In this document: positions 51,894 to 64,000 of the stretch, in pieces
Numbering within the stretch: the first letter of the stretch is position 1
Layout: each line of letters opens with the position of its first letter
From: the human T2T-CHM13v2.0 reference genome, Homo sapiens
Assembly: GCF_009914755.1 (NCBI RefSeq)
Contig: NC_060944.1
Reading direction: 5' to 3' (one strand)
Length of the DNA stretch: 64,000 nt
Program-made: the position numbers and the translations under genes
The notes under the pieces: generated by a model
Told to the model about the DNA's origin: nothing
Database searches by the model: none
Seen by the model: the letters and a program-made list of their open reading frames with translations, nothing else

Positions 51894-52914
51894 ATATGCT
51901 AGAGATTATCATTGTGTTGTACAAAAGCGAAATTAAACAACTTTGTGGTAATTTCATTTCTAGCAAAACTGCACAACGGCCACCGTGAAATTTGATACCT
52001 TCATAGGAGATGAGAAATATTTCCTGATGGAAATACTGCATGATGCCGTGTTTCATAGAAGGCAATCTCCTGAAAATCAGTTCTACTTGATTTTCTTATC
52101 TATGAGAGGCAACTTTTTGTTTAATAGAGGCTTTCTTTAAAACCCTTATACATGAATAAAAAACAGCAGTGTGAGTCCCCAACAGCATTTCAAATTTAAG
52201 TATCAGCAAAGCATTTTTACTGAACATTTGAAATAACTTTTACTGATAACTATCTCCCAGGTCCTGCTAAAATTAGTATCTTTTTGATTGTTATTTGGGA
52301 AAGGCTTTTATAATGTGTATAATTACTACCTTATTTTTTCCTAATATAAATTGTAAATTTATTTATATCATTAAATAGTTTAGATTCTATTTGTATAACT
52401 GCCAAAATAATGCTCTGTGTTGAAAATTTAGAAATATCCAGAAAAGAATAACAATATGAAAATATTTTAAATAGACAAAGGCATTTTACCTTTAACTGCT
52501 CTCCAGTCATCGTTAAAGAAAAGAAAAACAAAAGAAATAAAAAATAAAGGAATCTGCATTGCCAATGACATTGGGAGTTCTTTAAGTCTAAAATGAAGAA
52601 AAAGTGTGAAAAAAAATTGATGAGAAGAATGATACTTTGATACTTGGGCAAAATCTAGGGAGGATAAAGGACACCAGTATGTGTCCCTCCCTGCACAGCC
52701 CCATGCAATGTCAAGATTTCTACAGAAGCAAGCGAGAGGCTCCTGAACTACATACCAGTGTCTTTTAACTAAATGATGGAAGCCCAAGATTGTGAGTGGT
52801 TCATTCATGAAACAGAGGGTTTCCCTATAGACTTAGTCCTACACTGCCCAATGGCAGGAGGCCAAGAGACTCAAGGGGAAACTCATCTTTGCAGTAGACA
52901 TACTAGACAAAAGT

Positions 52915-53290
52915 ATGCCAATATTTTGAACACTTTTGACTTCTCCTGCCAAATTGCTTCCCAGATGGTTTGTAGTGATATAGATTTACATAAACCATGT
53001 TTAATGAGTTGCATTAAGTATTATCATTCTTTACATCTTTGCTGATTAGGGCAAAAAATACAGCTTTGCTTTTTGTATTTACAAGTGTATTTTAAAATTA
53101 GGAGTGAATTTAATTCATTTTCCACATTACTAAGAGATTTATATAACTTTTTTGTTTCTGATTTGTCTACTTATAACCTATACTTATTTGTGTTTTCAGT
53201 GTCTTAATTAAGTTTATATTTATTCACATGTTATTTGCCAAAATTATTCTCGGGTGGCTTTTTTCTCTAATAGTTGTATTTATTTATATT
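52915..53290 (-). mobile_element. Very old L1ME fragment
   Basis: CTGCCAAATTGCTTCCCAGA.GGTTTGTAG, followed by T-rich antisense L1-like sequence. Confidence 0.5.
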
Positions 53291-56132
53291 TTTAAACCCT
53301 GATTGCTTCTTCTTTGGGGTGATTGGAGAATTTAGCAGAGTAGAGAACTGGCATGATTTCCAGAATGTTAAGGGATTCTGCAGTCTAGGCCTCAGCTCAA
53401 ATGTACTAGTGATGCCTGTCTGTATCCAAAAACCCCCATAATAGAAAACCTCTCTTGAAATTTCTATTGTTCTATTCAATTCTATTATCTCAAATTGCAT
53501 AAGGTTTTCACTTATGCAAATATAAAGACACTAACTTTCATCTCCAGTACTTTGTGAAAATGCTTCACACAGGGGCAGCCAGCCCGGCCTACTGGCCAGT
53601 TAAGAGTCTGCAACTAACTGGCAGCCACGTGCCCAGGATGCTACTGCAATGGTAGAATACTTGCTTTTAGTTTGACCAGTTTCTCTTTGTTCTTTTGTGG
53701 ATGCGTATACTAAATGCCACAAAGGAGGGTGCAGGGACTTTGGGTCTGAGGAACCCCTCCTGTGGATGGATTGGGCGTCAGGGGTCTGTGAGACTCAAGC
53801 TGGTGTCTGGCTTTATCACTCCTGGAGTCTAGGACTGCACATAAATACCACCCTGTGTTCCCAAGAAACAGTCTGCCCAGTCTGCCCAGCCTGCCCAACC
53901 CTCAGGGAGTCTGGCGAAACTGAACCAGCTCATGGTTGCTAGAGAATTGCCTGCTTTCCCATCTGAACTCCCCACCCTCAGCTGGTAGGGTTTTAGGGTG
54001 GGTGTGTATTTCAGTTTGTCAGAAAGAGATCAGTTCCTGTGCTGAAAGGCAAGCTCGGGGCAGTATTTGACAGAGCTGGGGACACCAGGAGGGACAATGA
54101 CCATGTAAGTGGTTCTCACGCCGGACCTGGCATTGGGTGCCAGCTTGCACATTAACTCCTTTGACAGTACTTTCGCCAGTTTACTCAACATTCTCAAGGG
54201 ATGGCTTTGTCAATTGTTTCTCTGGCTGCTATTTTGACAGTCGATAGCCCCTTGATGCCAGCTTAGGCTGTCTAGTAAGAAAGAGGCCAACGTGAAATTT
54301 TAAACCCAACAACTGCTGGATGTGGTGTGGGGTGGCTCCGGCTCTGTTCTCTCCCTTTTTTCCCCTCTCCTGAATGGTAATGGGTCTTTATCAGTGCACT
54401 TTTTTCCTCATTCCCCCTGGCTTTTGGGAAGGGGAATCATGCATTACCCTAGGTGGGTCAGCATCAGAGGGGTGTTGAAATTTCCAGTGGAAACTGACAG
54501 AGGATGGTAAACAGATGCAATTTATGATATTAAGAGGATTCCAGACAAATGTCTATGTTTGGGTTATTCTTTATGTCAATTTCCAATAAGCAGCAACAAT
54601 AGACTGGATAAGAATCAGGCTCTGACATAAACAGCATGGCTCCTGGAGAGGGAATTTATGAACGAAATCTCTTTCCTGTAGTCGCATCGACAAGACACAC
54701 AGACGTCACACCTCCATGTTATTTGTAAACAGTGGCAAAAGAAAGGAACAGAAATAAGAATGTCTTCCTTCTCTAAATCCCCTAGTTACGCATGTATCTT
54801 AGCATTCCAGCAAAAGCACGTTCCTGGCATCCCTCTTGTGTCTATTTACGAGTCAGATCCTCTTTCTAAGAACAAATCTACAGTCTGAAACTAGCTACCT
54901 TAATATTGCCTTGATCTTTCTAAACTGCTCATATTGCAAATTATCGATACAAGTTATAATTTTGACCCATTGAATCTGTTTTCATTTTAGCTACCACACT
55001 AAGCACCATTTTGTATTTTACCAACTGAAACAGTTTGGAAGAAATAAGATGTTCATTTTTCTTTCACTGACTCTTTAGCCCAAATTAAAATGCAAAAAAT
55101 TGAATGTTTTTACTTATTTTAAAAACATGTTTTTGCTCTTTCAAAATCAAATGTAGTAATTTTTCTATGCTTCTATTTTACAACATAACTTCTGAAAAAA
55201 TTTTTAGTTCTATAGAAGTATTAATTTAAATTTTTAATTCAAATTAATGCAGATTTTTAAGTATGTGATTGATAATATTTCAGGGTTTATCATAGTCTAC
55301 TATTTCAATTAGTAAGAGTAGTAATTGATGTATAATTTTTTATTAGCTTAGAGGTCCCAGAGTTAACATATTTCTGATCAACCTGAAAGCCACAGAAAAG
55401 CGAAGGTGCAGAGGTAACTCATTCCAGAATTTAAAATGTCCCTCTTAGTTACTCTCCTTAATTGCCCTGACCACACCCTCTTTTTGGGAAGTAAAGAGAA
55501 TAACACACAAACCGGAGATTAAGTTATAGTCATCTGATATTAAAGGGGAAGAACATTTTAAAAATGCATTTGCTGATCATTGCCACTTGCTTTGCAGAAC
55601 CTAATACATCCCTCTCTGATAACATCAAAGGAATTAAGGCCCTCTTTATGTAGCAAATGCTTTTCACAGTTCAATAACCATTCCTGTTGCTGCTATAATA
55701 TTTCACTCACATTTCCCCATGCTCAGAGTAGGCCTCGGAACTGGAACTGTTTCATTGCTATTGAAAGCACCTTCATCTCTCCTTACCACATCGTACCGCC
55801 TTTCTCCAAATATTTGCCAGCCATAATCATTATATTCCTCAGTAAAGTGGAAAAATAATTCCTCTGTTTTGGAGTCTATTTTCTGAGATATGGAGAATAA
55901 AAATGACGTGCTCTGGAGTTATCACCCTTTTTCCTCTGTCTGTCTAGAGAGCCAAACCAAGAGGCAGTGGTGAGTGGCTTGACACATGAACCAGAAACAA
56001 ACAGCAAAAGACAGGAATCAAAAGCCCCAATGTGACTGCAATAGAAACCATTGTTCAAGGCACTTCCTGGGAATTATTTAGGGATTATAGTGTCAAAATT
56101 GCTTAATCTGTAGGAAATACCCCAGGCCTTCA

Positions 56133-56217
56133 ATTCACATCAGCAAATATGTATTAAGTGCTTACTCTGTGCCCAGGACTGAGTGAAGCACTTAGGGGAA
56201 CAAAGAGAAAATATAAG
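56133..56217 (-). mobile_element. L2 3' end fragment
   Basis: CAGCAAATATGTATTAAGTGCTTACTCTGTGCC. Confidence 0.65.
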
Positions 56218-57581
56218 TGCATTGCTGTATAAGCAAAAAGTGTGAGTGGACTCTACTGAAGGAAGTAAAAAGGGAGGTGTGTGCCTCTGTGCATACATTA
56301 TCTTCTTCATATCTTATTAATATTGAAGGTAGGCCTTCTCAGCTCCACCCTAGATCCCCCTTAGACAAAAACCAAGCAAGAGTTTTTCTGCAGATTGGTT
56401 GTTTCAATTATTAGTTTCAGGAACAGACACACTGAAGGTTTTGAAACCTAAGAAGGAGGAATCATTAAAAATCAACATCTGTCAGAGAGAGCAAAAACGA
56501 GAGGAGGCAGGACTGAAAAAGAATCTCAGATCCTTAAAAGGACTGTTATGAAGACCTAAGGGGAAAAAAAAAGAAGAATGGGAAAGTAAACTAAATGGGA
56601 TGTAGTTTGTATGTTTTATTTTAGCAACACCAGAGAGGAAAAAAAAAAAAGACTGATGGATACTCTCGAGTCTCTAACATTTAGAAATGTCTTACCCATG
56701 TTTAGTTTTCATTTTTTTATTCTACAAAATCGAAAGACCCCAATCTAATTGTTTTCATTAAATCACCTAGATAACTCTCAGGTTTCTAGACCCATTCCCA
56801 CCCCCCTCGCAAGGAAAGATTCAGCCAAGCTTGTTGTTTTAAAAGGTTTCTAATCACAGGAGAACCACACTCAACTTTGCTCATTTCCTGTGCCAATTAA
56901 CAGCCAGGAGTGGTTGTCTCCCCACTGTTACCACAAGGAATTCCAGGGACTGACCCTTTCAAACTTGACTCCCGGTCCCTGGGAAAGTGGCATCAGTTTT
57001 GGAAAGAGGCAGGAAGTTGGAAATCCTGAGGAGTTACAGCCCAAGAGCCTGAGAACCAGAGGGGCAGGGCCCCAGGAGTGAAGGAAGCTTTATTTTTATT
57101 TCTGAATTTTATTCTGTAATGAAAGTCTGGGTCCTGGGAATAAAACAACAGCAAAAATACCTTGTTTTATTGGGCACTCAAGGAGATTCCTGGGTCTGGT
57201 GAGCACTATATAAATCTGCCAAAAAGGCCCAAGTGTCTTGATCCCCAGAATTTAGATGAAGGGAAAGAAAGCTCCCAAGTTTGGCTCAGCAGAGCTGGAG
57301 CAGAGAGAGCAAGAGGCCCAGGATTCTCATTCAGGCCTAGGCTCCACACTTACAGCCTCTCTGACTTCCTCAGAACCAAGAGGAACAAAGTGAGAAAAGC
57401 AGGCTAGAAGAGAAAGAGAGACAATCTAAAAGAGCCAGTATTCTGATTGATAAATTGGAATGGCTGACGCCAAGTCAGGAAAAGCTATTTTCCCTGCTTG
57501 GAATGATTACCCTAGTTCTCTCTGCTTGACTAAAGCTTTGAAGCCCTTCCTCCTGCAGGAAGATGTCTCTGACTATTCCAG

Positions 57582-58103
57582 TGTATCAATTATCTATTGA
57601 TTCAGTGATCCTGTGTGATAAACTACCAAAAACTTAGTGTTTTAAAACAACCACCATCTATGAGGTTTCCAAGTCTATGATTGGTCTGGGAAGTTCTGCT
57701 GACTTGGGCCAGGCTGGGATGATTACACTGGGGCTCAGAACATGATTAAGGTCAGTAGGTAGGTGCCAGCTGGTCCAGGATGGCCTGGTAGAGAGCCACT
57801 CAGCTCTGCTCCATGTGGTCTCTCATCCTCCAGTGGGCTAGCCCAGTGTTGTTCTCATGGTGATGATACAGTTCTCTGGGAGAGAGAGGAGGGCGCAACC
57901 TCTTGAAGCCAGATTCAGAAAGACACAACATCACCTCCACTGTATTCTAGTTGTTAAAAGGAGTTGGAATGCCAGCCCAGATAGGGCAGGTATTGAAATA
58001 GACCCTACACCTTGATGGGAACAGATGCAAAGTCACATTGCAAATTGTATGGATATATGAAGGTTCTGAAGATTGGGATTGTTTTTGCAATCAGTCTATT
58101 ACA
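57582..58103 (-). mobile_element. MLT1 MaLR LTR, near full length
   Basis: TGTATCAATTATCTATTG...AAACTTAGTG.TTTAAAACAA...CTCCATGTGGTCTCTCATCCTCCAG...AAGTCACATTGCAAA...GCAATCAGTCTATTACA. Confidence 0.85.
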
Positions 58104-58198
58104 ACCAACCTCTGCAAATTTGTTGAGGCCAGAAATCCTGCATCATGTTTACCACACTGTCCCTTGCTTTCAGTAGCTCTCTAATTAAGGATTACTAA

Positions 58199-58526
58199 TG
58201 TTGCGGGACTTTTCCTTAGTTCAGCTAAAGACAAGGTCCTTGTCACACAGCCATGAAAATGTAGGCTAACAGACCATTTGAAGAGTGAGAAAAATGGGAT
58301 TTATTGGACAAAAAGGAAGAAAGGGGGAACAGAGACTCTTAGTGAAGTGAGAGAGTGTTTCCTGCCTGTGGGCTTCCCACATTGTAGACTGAATTCCAGG
58401 TTTCACCCAGGAAGAGAAGGGGCCAGGGTCTTCCCCACTGCAAATGGCGAGGACGTCTGTGGCTCCACCCTAGTGCACAGGCTGGTTGGAATTTCTCTGG
58501 GGACCCCTTCCCACCTGGCTATCTCA
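58199..58526 (-). mobile_element. MER61-like ERV1 solo LTR
   Basis: TGTTGCGGGACTTTTCCTTAGTTCAGCTAAAGAC...GGGACCCCTTCCCACCTGGCTATCTCA. Perfect 4-bp TSD CTAA (58195-58198 and 58527-58530). Confidence 0.9.
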
Positions 58527-58781
58527 CTAATAAGAGCACTGACTGTATCTCCAAATTAACAATAAATACCTGGAGGATAACAGTTTTCTTTATTCCTGTA
58601 CCACTTACAAGGTTTAACGTTGGGCTAATCATTTTCTTGCTAATTTTTTTCCGTTGTTGTTTGAATAGGAGTGAAAAATGACATCCAGAAACTCAAGACC
58701 TTTTGTTTCCAGAGACACTATTTTTCTAGTATTATGTTCATTTTACTTACTGCCTGGTACTTAGGATTAAGAAATGTACTG

Positions 58782-59088
58782 AGCCAAGCCCAGTGGCTCA
58801 TGCCTGTAATCCCAGCACTTTGGGAGGCCGAGATGGGTGGATCACTTGAGGTCAGGAGTTCAAGCCAGCCTGGCCAACATGGTGAAACCCCGTCTCTAAT
58901 AAAAATAGAAAAATTAGCTGAGCACAATAGCAGGTGCCTGTAATCTCAGCTACTTGGGAGGCTGAGGCAGGAGAATCTCTTGAACGTAGGAGGCAGAGGT
59001 TGCAGCGACCTGAGATCGCAGCATTTTTCACTCCAGCCTGGGTGAGAGAGCTTTTTTTCTTAAAAAAAAAAAAAAAGAAAGAAAGAAA
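58782..59088 (+). mobile_element. AluS, full length
   Basis: Alu dimer body with A-rich tail. Perfect 13-bp TSD AAGAAATGTACTG (58769-58781 and 59089-59101). Confidence 0.96.
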
Positions 59089-60548
59089 AAGAAATGTACT
59101 GCCTGGGTTCGTGCACTTAAGAAACCATGAAGACATTTTGGCGTGTAAAATTCAGCAACACATTTCTTTATAATTTTTTTAAATAATCTCAATCCCAATT
59201 GGCTAATTGTTTAAATTTATTCACAGATATTTTGGAGGTTCTGATATCCTCCCATAAAAATTAAAATATCTATAGAAAGTAGAGGAATTCTGGGTTCTAT
59301 TTTGTCACTATTAAATCCCATGTGGTCCCTTGGAGTTTAACAGAGCTCAACTTCTCAGCCAGATATGGGAAGTGGATATCTAAACAGCATCCCCGGGGCA
59401 CCCACAGCCCTGCCTCTTAGAAGCGTAAGCCTTCACCAGGGCATTGTCAGGAAGAACAGTGTGAGTGCCTCCGCTCATGTGGGTAAAACCTGTGGACACC
59501 TATTCCTCTTTGGGGAAGAAAAACTCATATTTCTGTTTCCCCCTTTGTTATCCTCAAAGGCCTGCATCCTCTTCCAACACCCCTACCTCAAGGACACCAA
59601 GCTCAAAGACAGAAGAACCACAATCTTCCCATAAATTCTGCCTTCAGGCTGCCAGAAGCTCTTGAGGCATGCTTCGACACAGCTCAGCCACCTGCTTTGA
59701 TTGTGGGAAGGAAAAAATCTAGGGAGACAAATATCCAAATTTCTATCCCAAATCACCCCGCCATGGCTTGTATTTTCAAAGAAGCGTGTGGTATTCTTCA
59801 AAGTGTGCACTAGATCTAGATCTTGTTCTCATCTCCTCCTTCCTAACTTCCTTCCTCCCTTGCTGTTGCTCAGAAAGAAGCAGGTGAATTCCAATCAGCA
59901 CTGTTAGCTCGCAAAGGGAAGGTCACGGTAGGTAATAATATAGGCAGGCTCATAACAAGTTGTTTGAAATACACCCTAGAACTATCAGATGAAGTAGTGG
60001 ATACTAAAGTGTATTCTCAATCCCAGCTCTTTGTTTAACTTCAAGTACAGGCCAGCTGTTCAGCAGCCTTGGGGAACAAATGCAGGAATAACTAATTAAA
60101 GGAAGATGTTTCCAGGCTGAGTGAGAGGAGGATGGTGTTTTGAGGAGAATGGTGTTTTGATGCACAAATAGTTGGCCTCTGTCATAAAACCTTTCTTCCT
60201 CTCTCTGTACCACAACCATTGTGAGCACCACAATCCAAGTGGAATCTCTATAGTCACTCAAGATGTTATAAAGGGTGGTTATGACTCCATTGTTTGGGAG
60301 TCCACACAACAGACCTGGCTAGGGGCATGTGCTTCTAAGAGATCTCTTGCACGATGGGACTGTGACTCTCAGGCCTCCCAAAACACGTCTACTGAGGGTC
60401 TCCCATATGCCATGGACTTACCCCTGAGTGAACACTGGTGAATAAAAGACACTTGGCTCTTGCCCTCAAGAGCTTACATTCTATGGAGACTGAACCCTTT
60501 GCCTGAAACTTTCTTTTGCCAAAATAGCTTGAAAATTTATTACCTAGA

Positions 60549-60924
60549 TGATAGGGTTTGGATCTGTGTCCCCACCCAAATCTTATCTTGAATTGCACTC
60601 CCGTAATTCCCACGTGTTGTGTGAGGAACCCAGTGGGGGATAATTTGATCACGGGGGCAGTTTCCCCCGTACTGTTATTGTGGTAGTGAATAAGTCTCAC
60701 GAGGTCTGATGGTTTTATCAGGGGTTTCCGCTTTTGCGTCTTTCTCATTCTCTTTTTTCCTGCTGCCACCCGTGTAAGACAGGACTTGCTCCTCCTTGTT
60801 TTCTGTCATGATAGTGAGGCTTCCCCAGCCACATGGAACTGTAAGTCCAATTAAACCTTTTTCTTTTGTAAATTGCCCAGTTTCAGGTATGTCTTTATCA
60901 GCAGTGTGAAAACATACTAATACA
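60549..60924 (+). mobile_element. THE1 (MaLR) solo LTR
   Basis: TGATAGGGTTTGG...ACTAATACA. Perfect 5-bp TSD CTAGA (60544-60548 and 60925-60929). Confidence 0.96.
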
Positions 60925-61274
60925 CTAGAGTAGACATGAAACTGGTGCCCCCTTTTGTTAGACTCTCAAATATGGAGAAAGTCTCCTCTGTTCTCTTCTC
61001 CAGGATAGTTTGTCTCCCCTTCTAAGACCCACATCATCTTACATTTCCTACCACTCTTGACTAATTTATGCTTTTACGCCTATTATCACTCTATCAAATT
61101 TCTATGATGTTATGGTAAAGAAACAGGAAAGCCTTTGCCTCACTTTTACTTTAAGGCATCGGATTGCAGTAGTCACTGGATATATCCACCATGATGATTT
61201 CATTCCCTTTGCTGTTCTCAACGTTTGGAGTAAAGGAATTGTGTGATAAGATTACTATAATGTATTGAAGGAGG

Positions 61275-61633
61275 AGACATAAGAATCAATGCCTACAGAG
61301 GCCAAGCAGGAGATGAAATGATGTGATATGAAGTGAAATTTAATAGGAGTTGGTGGGCACTAAGGTGAAATGAAGGTCAAATGCCCCACATAAGAGGTTT
61401 AGCTGTTAATCCCAGCCAGTTATCTCCATGAAGGATTGTGGTCCTATTATAGCCAGCACTTTCAAATTTTTCAAAGGCATACAAAAATCTAGATTTCATG
61501 TAAGCTCCCTCAAGTTTTTTAATCTTGAGGAATAATTAAATGTGTTTTTCTTTCCCTTATAAACAATGTGTAGGCCACACAAAACATGTCACTGGATGAG
61601 ATATGGCTTTGGGACAGCCAACTGTGTCTCCAG
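61275..61633. mobile_element. MER102-like hAT-Charlie fossil
   Basis: AATGCCTACAGAGGCCAAGCAGG...TTTTCAA...AAATCTAGATTT..TGT...GGCCACACAAAACATGTC. Confidence 0.65.
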
Positions 61634-61811
61634 AACAAGGAATCTAATGCTGTGCTGAGATAAAGCCTCTATATCTTCTCTTGCATGGAGATGCAGGCCA
61701 GTTGAGTAAAATGTGAACCAGAAGGTCCTTTCTCCAGCATGTAAAATCCAGAGAAGGGCCCTATAGCTCTACCAGTCCATATGAATCTGTGTAGGAGGAG
61801 GCAAAATATCC

Positions 61812-61871
61812 CTGAGGCATGGATGTCAATATGCCAAAAATCTGAAGCATGGATGTCAATATGCCAAAATC
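61812..61871 (+). repeat. 30-bp tandem duplication
   Basis: CTGA(G/A)GCATGGATGTCAATATGCCAAAA repeated twice. Confidence 0.95.
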
Positions 61872-62369
61872 TTGCTTTGCTCCATCTTTGTGTTATGATT
61901 TTCATTGAGGCATTTGAGTTTGATGAGATCACATGTGCACCTTGCTGTGTCTGGATGGACTACCTGTGTACTTTGGGTTGAGCCACCTCAATGTGCATCT
62001 GGAAATGGTAAGTTCCTGGGTTTGCCTTCTGTAAGGGAGGCAAAAAAATTAGTCTCACCAGAGGTGAGCTAGGGTTGTTGGCTGTACTCCAAGGAGTAAG
62101 ACTTCAAGCTGGCTTCGAATTGTTTCCCAAAGCAATAGATCTATTCAGAGACTCTTTTTGGTTCAGTTTAATGAAACCACAGAAAAATTTGCAAACTAAT
62201 CTCACCAAGACAAGATGATAATAGAAAGCAGACTTTTCTTCTTTGGATGTCACAGCTGATGGGAGCATCTTCAAGGCGGTACTGGAGCAAACCTTGCTTT
62301 GTATCCTAAAGGTCTGGGGGAATGTGGAGCTGGCAGGACTCTGCTTTGAGGAGTACACATTACGCATGC

Positions 62370-62736
62370 TCCAGAGCCTTGGTACTTTATATTCTTCACT
62401 GCCTAAAATGCTCTTTGGCTCTCATAATTATAAAGACCTGCTCCTTTAAGTTTTTTATGCCCCTGCACAACCTCCTCACACAGCGCTCCCTTTATGAACT
62501 TATCTGCAATAGCACCTGCCACTACACTTCTTTCTCCCATCTGGCTTGAGTTTACTTCATGAAACCTCTCACTACCTTCTGCTGACATTTCTTTGCATAT
62601 TGCTTGTCTTCTCCACTAGAATATAAACTCAATGAGGGTAGGTATTTATTCATAGATTCACTCCTGTTTTCTAATGCCTAGAAAGTGTGCAGAACTATGT
62701 AAATACTCAAAATATGTGGTCATTGAATGAATCAAT
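62370..62736 (+). mobile_element. L2 3' region
   Basis: CTGCCTAAAATGCTCTT...CCACTAGAATATAAACTC.ATGAGGG.AGG...ATGCCTAGAA...TGAATGAATCAAT. Confidence 0.8.
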
Positions 62737-62976
62737 AGCTTGTTGTGTATATAGTAAGGCGGCATGTATTTTGAGCTAAGCAGATTATGGCTGGGTCTTC
62801 CCAAGCATCTTTTTTTCCTGTGTCACATTAGGTGTCAGTAGTGAACACATGTACTTTCCCATATCTGTATCGCACTGAAAAGCTCTCATATATTCTTTCA
62901 TTTACCTTAAATTTTGTCAGTTTGATTCAACTACTTTTGGTAAAATGATGCTTCTGATATAAAAAAAGGAAGACTT

Positions 62977-63290
62977 GGCCAGGCCCGATGGCTCACACCT
63001 ATAATCCCAGCACTTCGGAAAACGCTGAGGTAAGTGGGTCACTTGAGGTCAGGAGTTCAAGGCCAGCCTGGCCAACATGGAAAAAACTCATCCGTACTAA
63101 AAATACAAATAAATTAGCTGGGCATGGTGGCATATACCTGTAATCCCAGCTACTGGGGACAATGAGGCAGGAGAATTGCTTGAATCCAGGAGGCAGAGGT
63201 TGCAGTAAGTTGAGATTTTGCCACTGCCCTCCAGCCTGGGTGAGAGTGAGAGACTTTCTCAAAAAAATTAAAAAATAAATAATAAATAAT
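62977..63290 (+). mobile_element. Alu (old S-type), full length
   Basis: GGCCAGGC...CTTGAGGTCAGGAGTTC...GGAGGCAGAGGTTGCAG. A-rich tail. TSD AAAAAAG(G)AAGACTT. Confidence 0.96.
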
Positions 63291-64000
63291 AAAAAAGAAG
63301 ACTTAAAATACTTTTATCTAAGTTGTTCAAAATATACTTGGGCCCTCAAAAGGCCTTTCTTAAATTAATTTGATGGTTTAAGTGTGCATGGATGGAATAA
63401 CATTTCTTTTCACAGATGAGTAGATCTAAAATTGAAGGAAGATAAATTTGTAGGCTTTAGTGATTATTTGGAAAATAATAGCTTTGGCCATTGGATCAGC
63501 TTCCTATCTGTACAACTCACCAATTTCTAATACCAGCATTTCAAGTTTTTGTATCCTTTATTTTACCCATTCATTTCCCTGTCTTCAACACGAATTCCAA
63601 TTACTTTTCTTTCTTTTTGATAACTGAGGTAATTTTTAAAGCATGTTAATGAACCAAGAAGAAATACTGTTTCTAGGCATTTTCCAAAGCTAGAGTTCCA
63701 AGATTTAATGTTACTCTAAAACAAGCAGGCAATGTGAAAAGAAAAATCGAACATATCATCCCCTTCATTTTATTTCCCACACAAATATAAATGTTTTTGA
63801 AAGTCAACATTGCATTCCAATACATGCAGGGAGGTAGTGGTAGAAAGAGGGAATTAGAGGATAGCTGGAGCTGGGCAATCACTTGAATGCTGGTTTATGG
63901 CAACTCTTTGTCAAATGATATTGATCTTTGGTTCCAATCTCCAATTACTAAATAACGAAATTAGGCACATATTCTTTAAATGACTCTCTCTGTGCTTGTA

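Overview
AT-rich, CpG-depleted primate genomic DNA, most likely human or another catarrhine given the AluJ/S/Y, L1PA and THE1 content. I see no protein-coding gene, RNA gene, CpG island or prokaryotic-type system. The short ORFs in the track are chance ORFs or translations of repeats. The window is a mosaic of interspersed repeats: 6 Alus, several L1 fossils including an old L1 with ORF1 and endonuclease remnants, about 11 MaLR LTRs (THE1, MST, MLT1), ERV1 LTRs (MER21, MER61), hAT DNA-transposon fossils, MIR/L2 and microsatellites. Unique stretches lie between them, and a few look like enhancers. The most unusual directly visible structures are: (i) a 70-bp piece of unique sequence (14752-14821) copied without gaps into the middle of an L1MA fragment 4.5 kb upstream (10206-10275); (ii) a perfect 15-bp inverted repeat that has overwritten part of an L1PA; (iii) a hairpin with AATAAA in its loop; (iv) clusters of TALE/homeodomain motifs; (v) a candidate CTCF site. 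I found no convincing new biological system. Repeat subfamily names come from remembered consensus features, and boundaries without a target-site duplication (TSD) are approximate.
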